Assembly: GCA_963733375.1 (NCBI GenBank)
Contig: CAVTDB010000009.1
Span: forward strand, 64,001-128,000
DNA from: Nitrospirota bacterium
GTDB taxonomy: Bacteria > Nitrospirota > JACRHJ01
Direction of reading: 5' to 3'
Length of the DNA stretch: 64,000 bases
Every line of letters starts with the position of its first letter. Positions within the stretch are counted from its first letter, which is position 1. This document shows, one piece after another, positions 9,150 through 20,020 of this stretch. The position numbers were made by a program, and so were the translations under genes. The notes under the pieces are model-generated. The model searched no databases, was not told the DNA's origin, and saw nothing but the letters and a program-made list of their open reading frames with translations.

Positions 9150-11065
9150 TTACCTCTGCGGCACTTTATATATTAGAAGCTTCGAGCTGTCTTCGATAAA
9201 GCTTTTCAGGGAATTGGCCCCGCCCATCGGCAGCGTCTTCGACTTGTGCTCGACTTTGAAGGTCGGGTCCGTGAGTATCGCTATCTCTTCCCTGCCGTCA
9301 TTGGAAACGCCGCCCACGCAGATGTCGGCAAGGTAGCCTTCGATATTCTTTATGCTCCAGCGCTGCTCAAGCCCGGCCCCGTTCCAGGCCATCGAGTATA
9401 TTTCAGCGCCGCTGTATCCGTGCCAGCGCCGGATGGCGTTTGTCATCGGGATGTTCTTGGTTATGATGATTTCCTTCCCGCCTTCCGGCCCCGTCCGGAC
9501 GATCACCCTGCCCTTGACCTTCCCCCGGTTGTCCGCGCCGGGAAACGCCAGCTTCTTCTCGTCGACCTCGAAGAAATTGTCGTACCCGCCGAAACGCTCG
9601 CTGCTTTTCCAGAGCTTTTTCCCTTGACTGTCCAGCACCTGAATATAGTCGTCGTCGTCAATCCATACGTAGGCGGGGACTTTTATATTCTTCCCGTGCT
9701 TGTCTTTCCCCGCTATTTCTATGATCGCGAAACCGTAAGGGTCCTTTATCTTGTAGGGCAGGCTGAACGTCCCCCGCCTTACGAGGACTCCGTCCTTCCA
9801 GGCCGTATCGTAGATCATGCCCGAATATGGCGCGTCCATGCCGACGGTGGTGGTAAGGAGCTTCCTCGATCCGTCCGGCATATCCAGCACCCTGAAAAGC
9901 ACCTGCTCGGGGCCGAACACCCTCTTGAAATTCGAGCCGTCATATTTTATGACGTAAGAGGCCGCCTTGCCCTCGCCGTAAGCCGTGACATAGACCTCGT
10001 CTTTCCCGTCCCCGTCGATGTCGGCGCATTCGACGTCTAAATGCTCCGCCGGCAGCGCATCAGCTTCGCGCCAAAGCTCCTGGAGCACCCCTTTTTCCAG
10101 CCTGTATATGATTATCCGGCTGCCGGTGGATATCGCAAGCTCCGTCTTGCCCTCTCCCGTAATGTTCCCGGCGGCGAAATGTTTTGCCCTGTAAGGCAGC
10201 TCGTCCATGTGGTAAAAATCACGCCTCTCAGCCGTAACAAGCGGGATGTCCATTTCTTTTTCTTTATATACGTCGCTTGTCGAATCCACCAGCGACGACA
10301 GGTTTTCCACCACGCTTCCGTCCGACGCATAGAGCTTTATTTCCACCGTCGTCCTGTCCTGCCTCTTTGTAGGCGAGGTCGAAAGCGTTACGACCTCTTG
10401 CGCGCCCTTGTCCTTCGCCAGCCCCGCGATCTCCTTTTGCCCCGCGCCCTTCGGAAGCTCCTCTATCCCCAGCATCTCGAACCGGCCTGAGTCGCGGAGG
10501 ATGTTCAGCAGCCTGTCCTGGACAAGTTCATTGACGTCGCCGGCGGAGGCGAAGACGAGCTTCGTTTTCTCGGTCGAGAGCCGGGCCAGGTCCCCCGGTA
10601 TTATCTGGGTAACCAGCAGTTCCTTCAACTCGCCCGTCGCCTCCTTGTCTTTCAGCTCTTTCACGATAAAGCTTCCGAGCGCCTCCTCCCGGTACCCCAG
10701 TATTTCCTTCGTAACCGGGTGGAATATCGGTTTCCCGGGGCGGAAGAGATATACCTGCGTGCCGACTGTAAGCCCGTTCGCGGCCCCGATGTCCACCGTA
10801 ATCGTCTTTTCATCGGCGTTTATGACCTTCCCCTCAGCACGGGGAAAATGCTCAAGCACAACGCCTGCCATCCGGTCCACGGTATCAGCCGGCGGGGCGG
10901 AAGCAACAGCGGGGGCTAAAACTTTCCCTTCCTTATAGCCCTCCCCACCGCGGGGGAGGATGGCACGGAGCGCCGGGGGGGGCTTCTTCGGCGGCAAGGA
11001 CGACCTGGGGGGCATTAAGGACCAGGAGAAAAAATAATGCCGATACTGCCAACAGACTTGTACAT
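9150..11065 (-). CDS. Exported FG-GAP/VCBS-repeat (beta-propeller) protein, N-terminal frameshift
   Basis: Repeats GNITGEGKTELA, ADIDGDGKDEVY, GGVSNDGREEIA; hydrophobic N-terminus begins at ATG 11065 in another frame. Confidence 0.7.
10925..10985 (-). repeat. Palindromic element in frame within the VCBS gene
   Basis: CCCCCCGGCGCTCCGTGCCATCCTCCCCCGCGGTGGGGAGGGCTATAAGGAAGG; translates PPPALRAILPRGGEGYKEG; resembles 53019..53063. Confidence 0.55.
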
Positions 11066-11075
11066 AGAAACCCTC

Positions 11076-13195
11076 TTACCTTCGAGCTAAATTCAATTTT
11101 ATGGAAAGCGTACTATCCACCCCGGGCTGGAGCGTCACCCTCCAGACAGGGACTACACTTGAACCTTGAAAAACGCGCTCATACCCGGACTCGGATTGCG
11201 ATACCGTCTCGACCGGGAAGCGCCAAAGCGCCGCCTTTTCGCTGAAAGAAAGCGTCAGCACGTAGTTAAGCCATTCGTCGATCATCCGGACTTCCTGCAC
11301 GTTATTCAATTCTCCGGCGCTGGCGAAGTTATTGGCCTTCAGGGAGTGCCCCGGTATCTCGAAATACCTGTCCGGAGAGTTTCCGGCAAGCAGGGAGAAA
11401 TTAAACTCCACCGCGAAAGCGGTGTTAAGCTCCTCGTTGCCAACGTTTCGCAGGACGTAATCGGCATTAAGGCCGCTCTCGTCTTCCCGGACCGTTACGG
11501 TCTTCCGGACCAGCACCTGCTGGCCCTGCACCTCTCCCATGCGGGAGAGGACGACTATAACCTTGCCGTCCTGCTTCTCCACGGCGGATGAGTACGCGCT
11601 CTTTACGAAATCGCCCGCTTCCTTGTGCGAAGAGTTCCTGAACGCCTCGAAGTCCATCTCCCCGCCCAGGAAATGGTCTATGAGCGAAGCCTTCCTGTAC
11701 CAGTCGTAGTGCAGGTACTTGAAAAGCCCTTCCTCCTTCGCGCCCATCTTCTCGTGTATGGTCGCCGCGCTTTCGCCTGCGTGGGCCGCGGAGTACTGGT
11801 CCTGCAGCTTCCGGTGGTAAGCTTCCGGCCGCCGGGAAAGCGTATTCATCAGGTTCATGGATATCGGGCGGTAGTCCAGCTCGTAGATTATCCCGCCCTC
11901 GCCGGGGTCAAGGGCCACGGCCATGCCGCCGTTGGTTATCATCACCTCGTCGGAGAGGTCTCCGTCCAGGTCGGCTGTCTCCACCGTGAGCCTGCCCTCC
12001 GCTCCCGATGCAGCTTCGGCGGCTATCTCCGCTTTTATCAGGTGGCGGTAAACCGAGTCCCGGAGGTGCGGGAGGTATAGACCCGCCAAAGACGCCGTGC
12101 CAGTACGCGTCGTTGCATTGCCCGCGCCAGAGGTCGTCGAATGCTTCATCGTTTAAGGACGAGCCGCCGGCGTCGTGCACCTTGCGGCTGACCTGGAGCA
12201 TCCGCTTGTGCATGGCGTTAGCTTCCGGATATTTCGAAAGGAAGTTCCGGAAGAAGCCGCCCTTGACGAAAAGCCTTTTTATATCGTATCCCGGCTGAAG
12301 TTTCAGCTCTTCCAGGAAGTCCTCGTACTCCACCATCGCAGCCGCCGGGAGCGACCACTCGCCCATCTCCATGTACGAGCAGGTCGGAAGATATACCCTG
12401 CCCCTGGGGCCTTCGGAGTCTATATACTCGCTGAAGGTTGGCAGTCTGCACCAGGTCCGAGTTCACCTCCAGCGCCTTGATGAACCGCCGGAGCCAGCCT
12501 TCCTCGTATACCCATTTATAGGTCCCGGGCCAGCAGCCGAACTTCTCCCCGTCGTCCGCCATGACCGCAAGCGTGTTATCGCCCGCGTCCGGGATGTCCC
12601 GGAAGCACTGGATGGTTTCTTCCGGCTCCTTGAAGGGGATAGTGTAACGCAGCCTCTCGCTCCCGGGGAATACTTTGAGCGTCTTGCCCTGTTCTTCGGT
12701 AATGAAGTACCCGGTCAGCTCATTGTCCCTGAGGCCCGACATCTTGAAATGGAAATCGTCCACCACGACGTATTCGATACCGGCGTCGCTTATCGCGGCC
12801 GGCAGGTGGGGCTCCCAGACCCTCTCGGCAAGCCAGATGCCCCTCGGTTTTTTGCCGAAATGCTCCTCTACGAACTTCGAGAGCTTCCGTATCTGGCCCA
12901 GCTTGTCCTCGTCCGGGAGCAGCGCCAGGATGGGCTCGTAGAAGCCGCCGCCCATGACCTCCGCCTGCCCCGATTCCACCATCGACGCGACGGTTTTGAT
13001 GAAATCCGGGTGGCTTTTCAGCATCCACTCAAGGAGCGAGCCCGTGAAGTGCAGGTTTATCTTGAACCAGGGGACCTCCCTGACCGCCTCCACGAGTGGG
13101 AGATAGGCGTTATGGTACGCCTCTTCCGCGATATGGTCGAAGTTCCCTACCGGCTGATGGTTATGGATGGCAAATACGAATTTTATTTTTTTCAT
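11076..13195 (-). CDS. Glycoside hydrolase family 57 alpha-amylase/4-alpha-glucanotransferase (DUF1925/DUF1926), frameshifted
   Basis: [60 protein letters not shown]. Confidence 0.92.
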
Positions 13196-13334
13196 GGCCC
13201 TTTTAAACGTAAGTTTTGATATTAACAGAGAAAGAGGGTGTAGTCAAGGATTTAGCGGGGACCATTTCGCTTGAAAATGCGGGGGATTTCGGCTATTATT
13301 TAAGGAGGAAGGGGCATCACCCCAAGAGGCCGTA

Positions 13335-14321
13335 ATGAAAGTTCTTACCGGGTTAAAGGCGGACACTGAGCAGTCGAGAAACCTGCTTTTCTCTCTCATA
13401 CTGACCGGATTTATTTTCCTGGTGGAGGTTACCGCCGGGTTCCTCACAAACTCCCTGGCCCTGCTCTCCGATGCGGCCCATGTCCTTACCGACCTGGTCT
13501 CGCTTGGCCTCGCGCTTTTCGCGATAATACTTTCCGCCCTCCCCGCAACGGATACACGCACCTACGGCTGGCACAGAAGCGAGGTTTTCGCGGCCCTTAT
13601 AAACGGCATGACCCTTGTAGTCATATCCGGGGTCATAGTCTTTGAGGCCGTGCAAAGGCTTTCCGCCCCCGAACCGGTAAAAAGCGTCGGGATGCTGGTC
13701 GCGGCCGGTTTCGGCCTGGTAGTGAACCTCTTCGTCGTCCACCGCCTGCATGGCCACGACGAGCATGACTTAAACGTCAGGAGCGCATTCCTGCACGTCG
13801 TGGGGGACGTGCTCATCTCCGTGGGCGTTATAATCGGCGCGGTTATAATCTATTACACCGGCTGGTATCTGGTCGACCCTATACTGTCCATAATATTCTC
13901 CCTCGTAATCCTGCGCGGGGCGATAACGGTGCTTTACGAGGCGGCCCACATACTCCTTGAAGGCGTGCCGAAGGGGCTGGATATCAACGCCGTGGTGGAC
14001 GAGATAAAGGAAGTAAACCACGTCCTGGACGTTCACAGGCTGCATGTCTGGAGCATCTGCCCAAGCATATCGGCGCTCTCGGCGCATATCATGATCGACC
14101 CGGAATACCACGGGGAGCGCAAAAAGATAATCGACGACATAAACTGCCGCCTCATTTCCTGCTTCCACATAAACCACTCCACCCTTCAGCTGGAAAAAGG
14201 AGAGTGCGAGTTCAATAACCTTGTCTGCGACATCGCCCACTGCGAGCGCCGGGTGGCGCACACCCACGCGCACGGCCACAGCCACGAAGAAGAGCACAGC
14301 CTCCACACAGTCGCACATTAA
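13335..14321 (+). CDS. Cation diffusion facilitator (CzcD/ZitB-like Zn/Co/Cd efflux)
   Basis: NSLALLSDAAH, TYGWHRSE, NVRSAFLHVVGD, VHRLHVW; His/Cys-rich tail. Confidence 0.93.
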   Translation: MKVLTGLKADTEQSRNLLFSLILTGFIFLVEVTAGFLTNSLALLSDAAHVLTDLVSLGLALFAIILSALPATDTRTYGWHRSEVFAALINGMTLVVISGVIVFEAVQRLSAPEPVKSVGMLVAAGFGLVVNLFVVHRLHGHDEHDLNVRSAFLHVVGDVLISVGVIIGAVIIYYTGWYLVDPILSIIFSLVILRGAITVLYEAAHILLEGVPKGLDINAVVDEIKEVNHVLDVHRLHVWSICPSISALSAHIMIDPEYHGERKKIIDDINCRLISCFHINHSTLQLEKGECEFNNLVCDIAHCERRVAHTHAHGHSHEEEHSLHTVAH

Positions 14322-14325
14322 AATC

Positions 14326-14366
14326 TCATAACGCCCCCTGACCCCCTCTTAATCTTAAGAGGGGGG
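14326..14366 (+). repeat. TCATAACGCCCCC...TTAAGAGGGGGG palindromic repeat, copy 1
   Basis: CCCCCTCTTAA-TC-TTAAGAGGGGG hairpin; shares its 5' and 3' ends with 48152..48212. Confidence 0.6.
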
Positions 14367-14555
14367 AAATTATGATTTAACCCTATTTCCGCGCCGGTGC
14401 GCGCCTTTACTCCCGTCCCGACCCCCTTTTGGTGTTTTCCCGCCCCCTGCGCGCAAGCCGGGTCCCATTAATTTTGTGGTATATTAGGAAATGTATTCGC
14501 AAATGGTCCTGCGGTTACCGATACATCAACCTAAGGCATGGAAAAGAGGAAAAAA

Positions 14556-16058
14556 ATGGCAACCAAAAAAAAACGTATGACAACTGCCTTTGGAATTCCC
14601 GTCGGCAATGATCAGAACAGCATGACCGCCGGAGAACGCGGGCCTGTCCTGATACAAGACGTCCACCTTTTAGAGAAGCTGGCTCATTTCGACAGGGAGC
14701 GTATTCCGGAGCGGGTGGTGCACGCAAAGGGTGCGGGCGCGCACGGTTATTTCGAGGTTACGGCCGACGTTACAAAATACACCAAGGCGAAATTTCTTTC
14801 GAAAATCGGCCAGCGTACCGAGGTCTTCGCCAGATTTTCCACGGTTGGCGGTGAAAGAGGCTCGGCGGATGCAGCGCGTGACCCGCGGGGTTTCGCGCTG
14901 AAATTCTATACGGAGGAAGGCAATTACGACTTAGTCGGGAATAACACGCCGGTCTTCTTCATCCGGGACCCGCTCAAGTTTCCCGACTTCATCCACACGC
15001 AGAAGCGTAACCCGGCCACGAACCTGCCGGACCCCGACATGTTCTGGGACTTCCTGTCTTTAACGCCGGAATCGATCCATCAGGTCACCATCCTCTTTTC
15101 TGACAGGGGCACGCCTGCCACCTACCGCAATATGAACGGATACAGCAGCCACACCTATAAATGGTATAACGACAAGGGCGATTATGTCTGGGTGCAATAT
15201 CACTTCAAGACGGACCAGGGCATAATAAACCTTGCCCGTGAGGAGGCAAGGCGCATCTCAGGCGAAGACCCGAATCATGCCACCCGCGACCTGTATAACG
15301 CCATAGATAGCGGCGAATATCCTTCCTGGACGCTTGAAATGCAGATCCTGACGCCTGAAAAAGCCAGGAATTTCCCCTGGGATATCTTTGACATAACCAA
15401 GGTCTGGCCGCATAGTGAGGTCCCTCCCATCAAAATCGGTAAATTGGTGCTGGACCGAAACCCGGTTAATTATTTCGCGGAAGTGGAGCAGGCCGCTTTC
15501 TGTCCCGGCAATGTGGTGCCGGGTATAGCCATTTCACCGGACAAGATGCTGCAATCCAGGGTTTTTTCCTATCATGATACCCACATCCACCGTCTGGGCC
15601 CCAATTACAACCTGATCCCGGTAAACGCTCCCAAAAACGCCCCTGAAAACAGTTACCAGCGAGACGGCCTCATGCGTGTCGACGCCAACGGAGAAGCCGG
15701 CCCCAATTACTGGCCTAACAGTTTCGGCGGACCGGAGCCGGACCCGAAGGCGGCTGAGCCTCCATTTGAGATTTCCGGTCAAGCCGGGCATTATGCCTTT
15801 ACGTATCCTAATGATGATTTCGTGCAGGCCGGCAACCTCTACCGCAATGTCATGAAAGAAGAGGACAGGGAACACTTGGTCGGCAACATCGTGGACCATT
15901 TGGGCGGCGCTCAAAAACGCATCCAAATCCGCCAGACGGCGCTCTTTTACAAGGCTGACCCGGAATATGGCCGCCGCGTGGCGGAGGGGCTTAAACTGGA
16001 CATAAAGGAAATAAAGGCCCTGGCGGCCAGCATATCCAAAGAAGAGCGGGTCGCTTGA
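14556..16058 (+). CDS. katA: Monofunctional heme catalase (small subunit)
   Basis: [35 protein letters not shown], proximal RVFSYHDTH. Confidence 0.96.
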   Translation: MATKKKRMTTAFGIPVGNDQNSMTAGERGPVLIQDVHLLEKLAHFDRERIPERVVHAKGAGAHGYFEVTADVTKYTKAKFLSKIGQRTEVFARFSTVGGERGSADAARDPRGFALKFYTEEGNYDLVGNNTPVFFIRDPLKFPDFIHTQKRNPATNLPDPDMFWDFLSLTPESIHQVTILFSDRGTPATYRNMNGYSSHTYKWYNDKGDYVWVQYHFKTDQGIINLAREEARRISGEDPNHATRDLYNAIDSGEYPSWTLEMQILTPEKARNFPWDIFDITKVWPHSEVPPIKIGKLVLDRNPVNYFAEVEQAAFCPGNVVPGIAISPDKMLQSRVFSYHDTHIHRLGPNYNLIPVNAPKNAPENSYQRDGLMRVDANGEAGPNYWPNSFGGPEPDPKAAEPPFEISGQAGHYAFTYPNDDFVQAGNLYRNVMKEEDREHLVGNIVDHLGGAQKRIQIRQTALFYKADPEYGRRVAEGLKLDIKEIKALAASISKEERVA

Positions 16059-16973
16059 GTAGCAGCATGACATTGGTGACGGGCGCGACCGGCTTCGTCG
16101 GAAGCCACCTCGTAAAAAGACTCGCCTCCTCCGGCAGGCCGGTGCGCGCGCTCGTCAGGAACCTGGAAAAAGCCCGAAAGATTTTCGGGGGGAGCGAGGG
16201 GGCGCTGCTTCCCGAACATCGACCTTGCGCAGGGGGACGTCGGCGACCGGGAGTCCTTAATCCGCGCGGCCCAGGGCTGCGAGGCTGTCGTGCACCTTGT
16301 CGGGATAATCCAGCCCGCGCCAGGTCAGAGCTTCCTTTCCATCCATGTAGAAGGCACGAGGAACGTCCTGGACGCGGCATTGAAGGCGGGCACGGTAAAG
16401 CATTTCGTTTACCAGTCCGCGCTTGGGACCAGGGAGGACGCTAAATCCGAATATCACAAGACTAAATACATGGCGGAGGAGATGACCCGCTCCTCCGGGC
16501 TTAACTGGTCCATCACCCGCCCGTCCATCATCTACGGGCCGGGCGACGAGTTCACCCTCAGGATGAAATCGCTGATAAGCATGCCGTACCCGTTCATACC
16601 GCTTCTGGGTTCCGGAAAAGGGCTGTTTCAACCGGTTTACATAGACGACCTGACGGAGGCGCTGGCGAGGATAACCGGGGAGCCGGAATTTTATGGAAAG
16701 GTTGCGGAGCTATGCGGGCCGAGACAGCTGACTCTGGACGAAGTGGTCCTTGAAATCGCTTCCGCGATCGGAAAAAAGAAGTCCATCATGCATATCCCCG
16801 TGCCGTTCGCAAGCCCGGCAGTTATGGCAATGGAAGCAATCCTGCCCAAGCCGCCGGTAACGATGGACCAGCTCCTGATGCTAGGGGAGGATAACGTCTG
16901 CGGGACGAATTGCATGACTGAGCTGGGGATAGAGCCGATTGACTTCCGGGAGGGTTTGAGGAAGTTTCTTTAG
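16055..16973 (+). CDS. NAD-dependent epimerase/NDUFA9-like atypical SDR (frameshifted)
   Basis: [38 protein letters not shown]. Confidence 0.85.
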
Positions 16974-16999
16974 TCAAAAGAAATTTACATTAAACGGCG

Positions 17000-17021
17000 G
17001 ATTCTTCGCTCCGCTCTGAAT
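17000..17021 (+). repeat. GATTCTTCGCT-type REP-like palindrome, copy 1
   Basis: GATTCTTCGCTCCGCTCTGAAT; 19/22 identical to the reverse complement of 53064..53085. Confidence 0.55.
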
Positions 17022-17059
17022 TGCATTCCCTGACTCGCCCGCCACTGTTTTTTAGCACC

Positions 17060-17796
17060 CTATTTACGAAACAGCGCCGTTACTGGCAGGAATAAAACCA
17101 CTCCCGTCATGCCGAGACTTACCTCCCCTATCCAGAAAGTCATGGAGAGGTTGAAGACAAGGACGATGAAGTAGAGCGCGGGGCCCATCAACTCTTTTAC
17201 TGGCACAGGCGCGTTATCTTCGCTTTGAGGGCCGTCCACGGCCCCGTCCATGGCCCCATCGACGGCCTTCCATATCCGCATCGTAAGCGCCCCCACGAAA
17301 AACCAGCCGACGAAATTCTCAATAGTCACGCCGAAATAAGGCCCCGGCACTGGATAGTAATAAATCTTGCCCAAAAACCATCTGTCCCCCCGGAGCGCGA
17401 GCGGGTCTATCACTACGTCCAGCAGCGTCATCAGGAAAGCGCCCAAGTATAATGATCTTCCAGGAAAATTTTTCACCCTGCGGTATAAAAAAACGCGCCA
17501 TGCGCCAGCTCGAGTACGACAGGAACGTGAAAGAGAGCGAGTCCATGAACGGCACGCCCATGACCCACAACTCCTTACCCGTTGTCGAAGGGATGTAGTA
17601 ATAAAGCCCGAACGGGAACCCGGTCCTGACGGACGAGAACTCGGAGACATAGGCGACCGCCCAGGCGATCAGGGTGAAGAGGACGGCCTTCTTCGGGCCG
17701 AGTTTTTTTAGTCGCCGCGTATAAATAAATACCCAGGAATAAAAAAACGTACGGGCGGAAAAGGACGGTCAGGAAAAAAAGCCTGAGGTTTTCCAT
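17060..17796 (-). CDS. Carotenoid biosynthesis protein, CruF/DUF422-like (frameshifted)
   Basis: TGFPFG.YYY, GVPFMDSLS, LDVVIDP.AL.G.RW, YFGV.IENF.GW. Confidence 0.75.
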
Positions 17797-18784
17797 CAGG
17801 CGTACCCGTTCTCGCGGAACCATTCGACAGCGGAGAGGAGCGCCCCCTCCACCGGGCTTTGCGGCAGGCCCAGTTCCCGGATCGCCTTGGACGGGTCGAA
17901 GAACATCATCTTCTTAGCCATCTTTACGGCGTCCAGCGGCGCAAGGGGCGGTTTCCTTGTAACGTAGTCGGCGAGCTTCGTGCTGACGTAAGCAATGGGC
18001 AGTACCGACCAGTACGGGAGCTTTATCCTGGGCGCGGGAATACCGGTTATGCCGGATAGGATAGCAAATATCTCTTCCAGCCGAAGGTCCCTGTTACCCA
18101 GGATATATTTCTGTCCCGGCACCCCCTTCTCCATCGCGAGGATATGCCCCTGGGCCGCGTCGTCCACGTCGATAAGGTTAAGGCCGGTGTCCACATAGGC
18201 GAACATTTTACCTTTCAGGAAGTCCAGTATCATCTTCCCGGTAGGCGTGGGCTTTACGTCCCGCGGGCCGACCGGCGTACTGGGATTTACTATCACGACC
18301 GGGGGGCCTTTAGCCCCCCGTATTTTTCCGCAAGACGCTCCGCCATAAACTTCGACCTCTTATAATCTCCCGCCATATCCGCCAGCGTCACGGGAGTATC
18401 TTCCGTGCCTGGAGTGCCGTCGCCCGGGTTGCCAAGCGCGCCGACCGTGCTGGTATATACGACACGCTCCACCCCGGCCCTTAGCGCCGCGTCAAGGACG
18501 TTCTTCGTGCCCTGTACGTTCACCTCGTATATCCTGCTTGAATCCGGGACCCAGAGGCTGTACTCCGCCGCGGCGTGATAGACCCTCCGGCAGCCTTCCA
18601 TCCCCCGGATAAGAGAGTCCGCATCCAGCAGGTCGCCGTATGCTACCCGCACCGGAAGCCCCTCTAAATTTCTGCCGTCGCATCCGCGCCGGGCTAAACA
18701 GACAACCTCCTCGCCCCGCTCGATAAGCTTCCTGACCAGCGCCGCGCCAAGGAAACCCGTACCGCCCGTAACGAAATTCTTCAT
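17796..18784 (-). CDS. hpnA: Hopanoid-associated sugar epimerase/dehydratase (frameshifted)
   Basis: FVTGGTGFLG, HAAAEYSLW, YKRSKFMAE, VNPSTPVGPRDVKPTPTG. Confidence 0.88.
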
Positions 18785-18892
18785 AAGGGAAAGGTTATAG
18801 AAACGGGGCTTAAGTGTCAACAGGATAACGAGCAGCACCGCATTGCGGCTCGCGAAATCATTTCGGGGATGACGGATATTGGGCTGTTATCC

Positions 18893-18921
18893 TTGACAGT
18901 ATAATTCACTTAATTTATTAT
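18893..18921 (+). promoter_or_regulatory. Sigma70-type promoter for the EamA gene
   Basis: TTGACA-17 nt-TATTAT, then GGGGAGG RBS. Confidence 0.6.
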
Positions 18922-18947
18922 TCGAAATCTAATTGGGGAGGTCTTAA

Positions 18948-19328
18948 TTGCTGAAGACGATTTTAGTACTGGCGGTCGGGCTTTGTTTCGAGTCGCTGGG
19001 AAACGTCCTGCTCAGAAAAGGTATGCTGCAGGTGGGCGAGGTTGAGTCTTTTTCCATCCCCGCGCTGTTTCACATCTTCATCAGGGGCGTAACCAACCTG
19101 ACGGTCGTCTCCGGCGTCGCGCTCGACGCGCTATTTTTCGCATGCCTGCTTATAGCGCTTTCCTGGACGGAGGTCAGCGTGGTAATGCCTATAACCGCCA
19201 TAGGCTATGTCACCACCACAATTACCGCAAAGATAATCCTGCACGAAGAGATTTCATCCCTGAGATGGGCGGGGACGCTCGCCATAGTTGTCGGCTGCAT
19301 GCTGGTCGGCAAGAGCGGGGCCCACTGA
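18948..19328 (+). CDS. Small EamA/DMT-family (ArnE/ArnF-like) transporter
   Basis: 126 aa, 4 TM; LSWTEVSVVMP, LHEEIS..RWAG. Confidence 0.8.
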   Translation: MLKTILVLAVGLCFESLGNVLLRKGMLQVGEVESFSIPALFHIFIRGVTNLTVVSGVALDALFFACLLIALSWTEVSVVMPITAIGYVTTTITAKIILHEEISSLRWAGTLAIVVGCMLVGKSGAH

Positions 19329-19977
19329 TTACCTGAAATACCTGCTTATCCCGACAATCCCGAATATGTAGTTCTGGCCCCTGTTCGGCTCCTTGATGCC
19401 TGCATTTGAGAGGTGCAGGTACCTGCACTCCGCGCTTATCGTCCACTTGTCCGTGATGAAATATTGCGCGCCCAGTGCGGGGTCCTCAATGAAATTGTAT
19501 TTTGTTCCCTGCACCTCGCGCGGTACATTCAGATATACCATCCCGAGCGAGACCGATGCGTAGGGGACAAACCTGCCTTTAAACCCGGTAAAGTCGTATC
19601 TGAAGCCCAAGGGATTAAGCCCCGCAAGACCTCTGTCATTAAGGGTCGTAATCAACCCCAACGGGACCTCCAGCTTATATTCCAGGACGCCCCGCAGAAA
19701 AGTATTTGCCAATATGACGTCCGTAACCGGGAGCGTGAAATAAGGTTGCAGGAGCGCGGTGTTCAGGCGGAAATGGTCGTTGTCCCAGGCCTTGTCGCCG
19801 TAGCCGCCCTGGATGCCGATGGACATGCTGTTGCTGATGTGCATCTTCGTATTTTGTTATTGGGAAGGGCTGGGCTTTGTCCTGAGGAGCTGTCTCCTGC
19901 GCATGGACCCCGGCCGCGGACAACGTAAAAGAAAAGAATATGAGTATCGCGGCGAGCGGCAGGAGTATTCTCTTCAT
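19329..19977 (-). CDS. Acyloxyacyl hydrolase / lipid A 3-O-deacylase (PagL-like) outer-membrane protein (frameshifted)
   Basis: Signal peptide; C-terminal RYLHLSNAGIKEPNRGQN (H-x-S-N-A catalytic motif). Confidence 0.8.
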
Positions 19978-20020
19978 CTTGAGGGGATACCTTTTAATGT
20001 GGGTTTATTTATGACTTCTT

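Noticed and set aside
14400-14540. Fur/PerR/OxyR box upstream of catalase
   Set aside because: AT-rich, but no convincing palindrome can be supported by eye.
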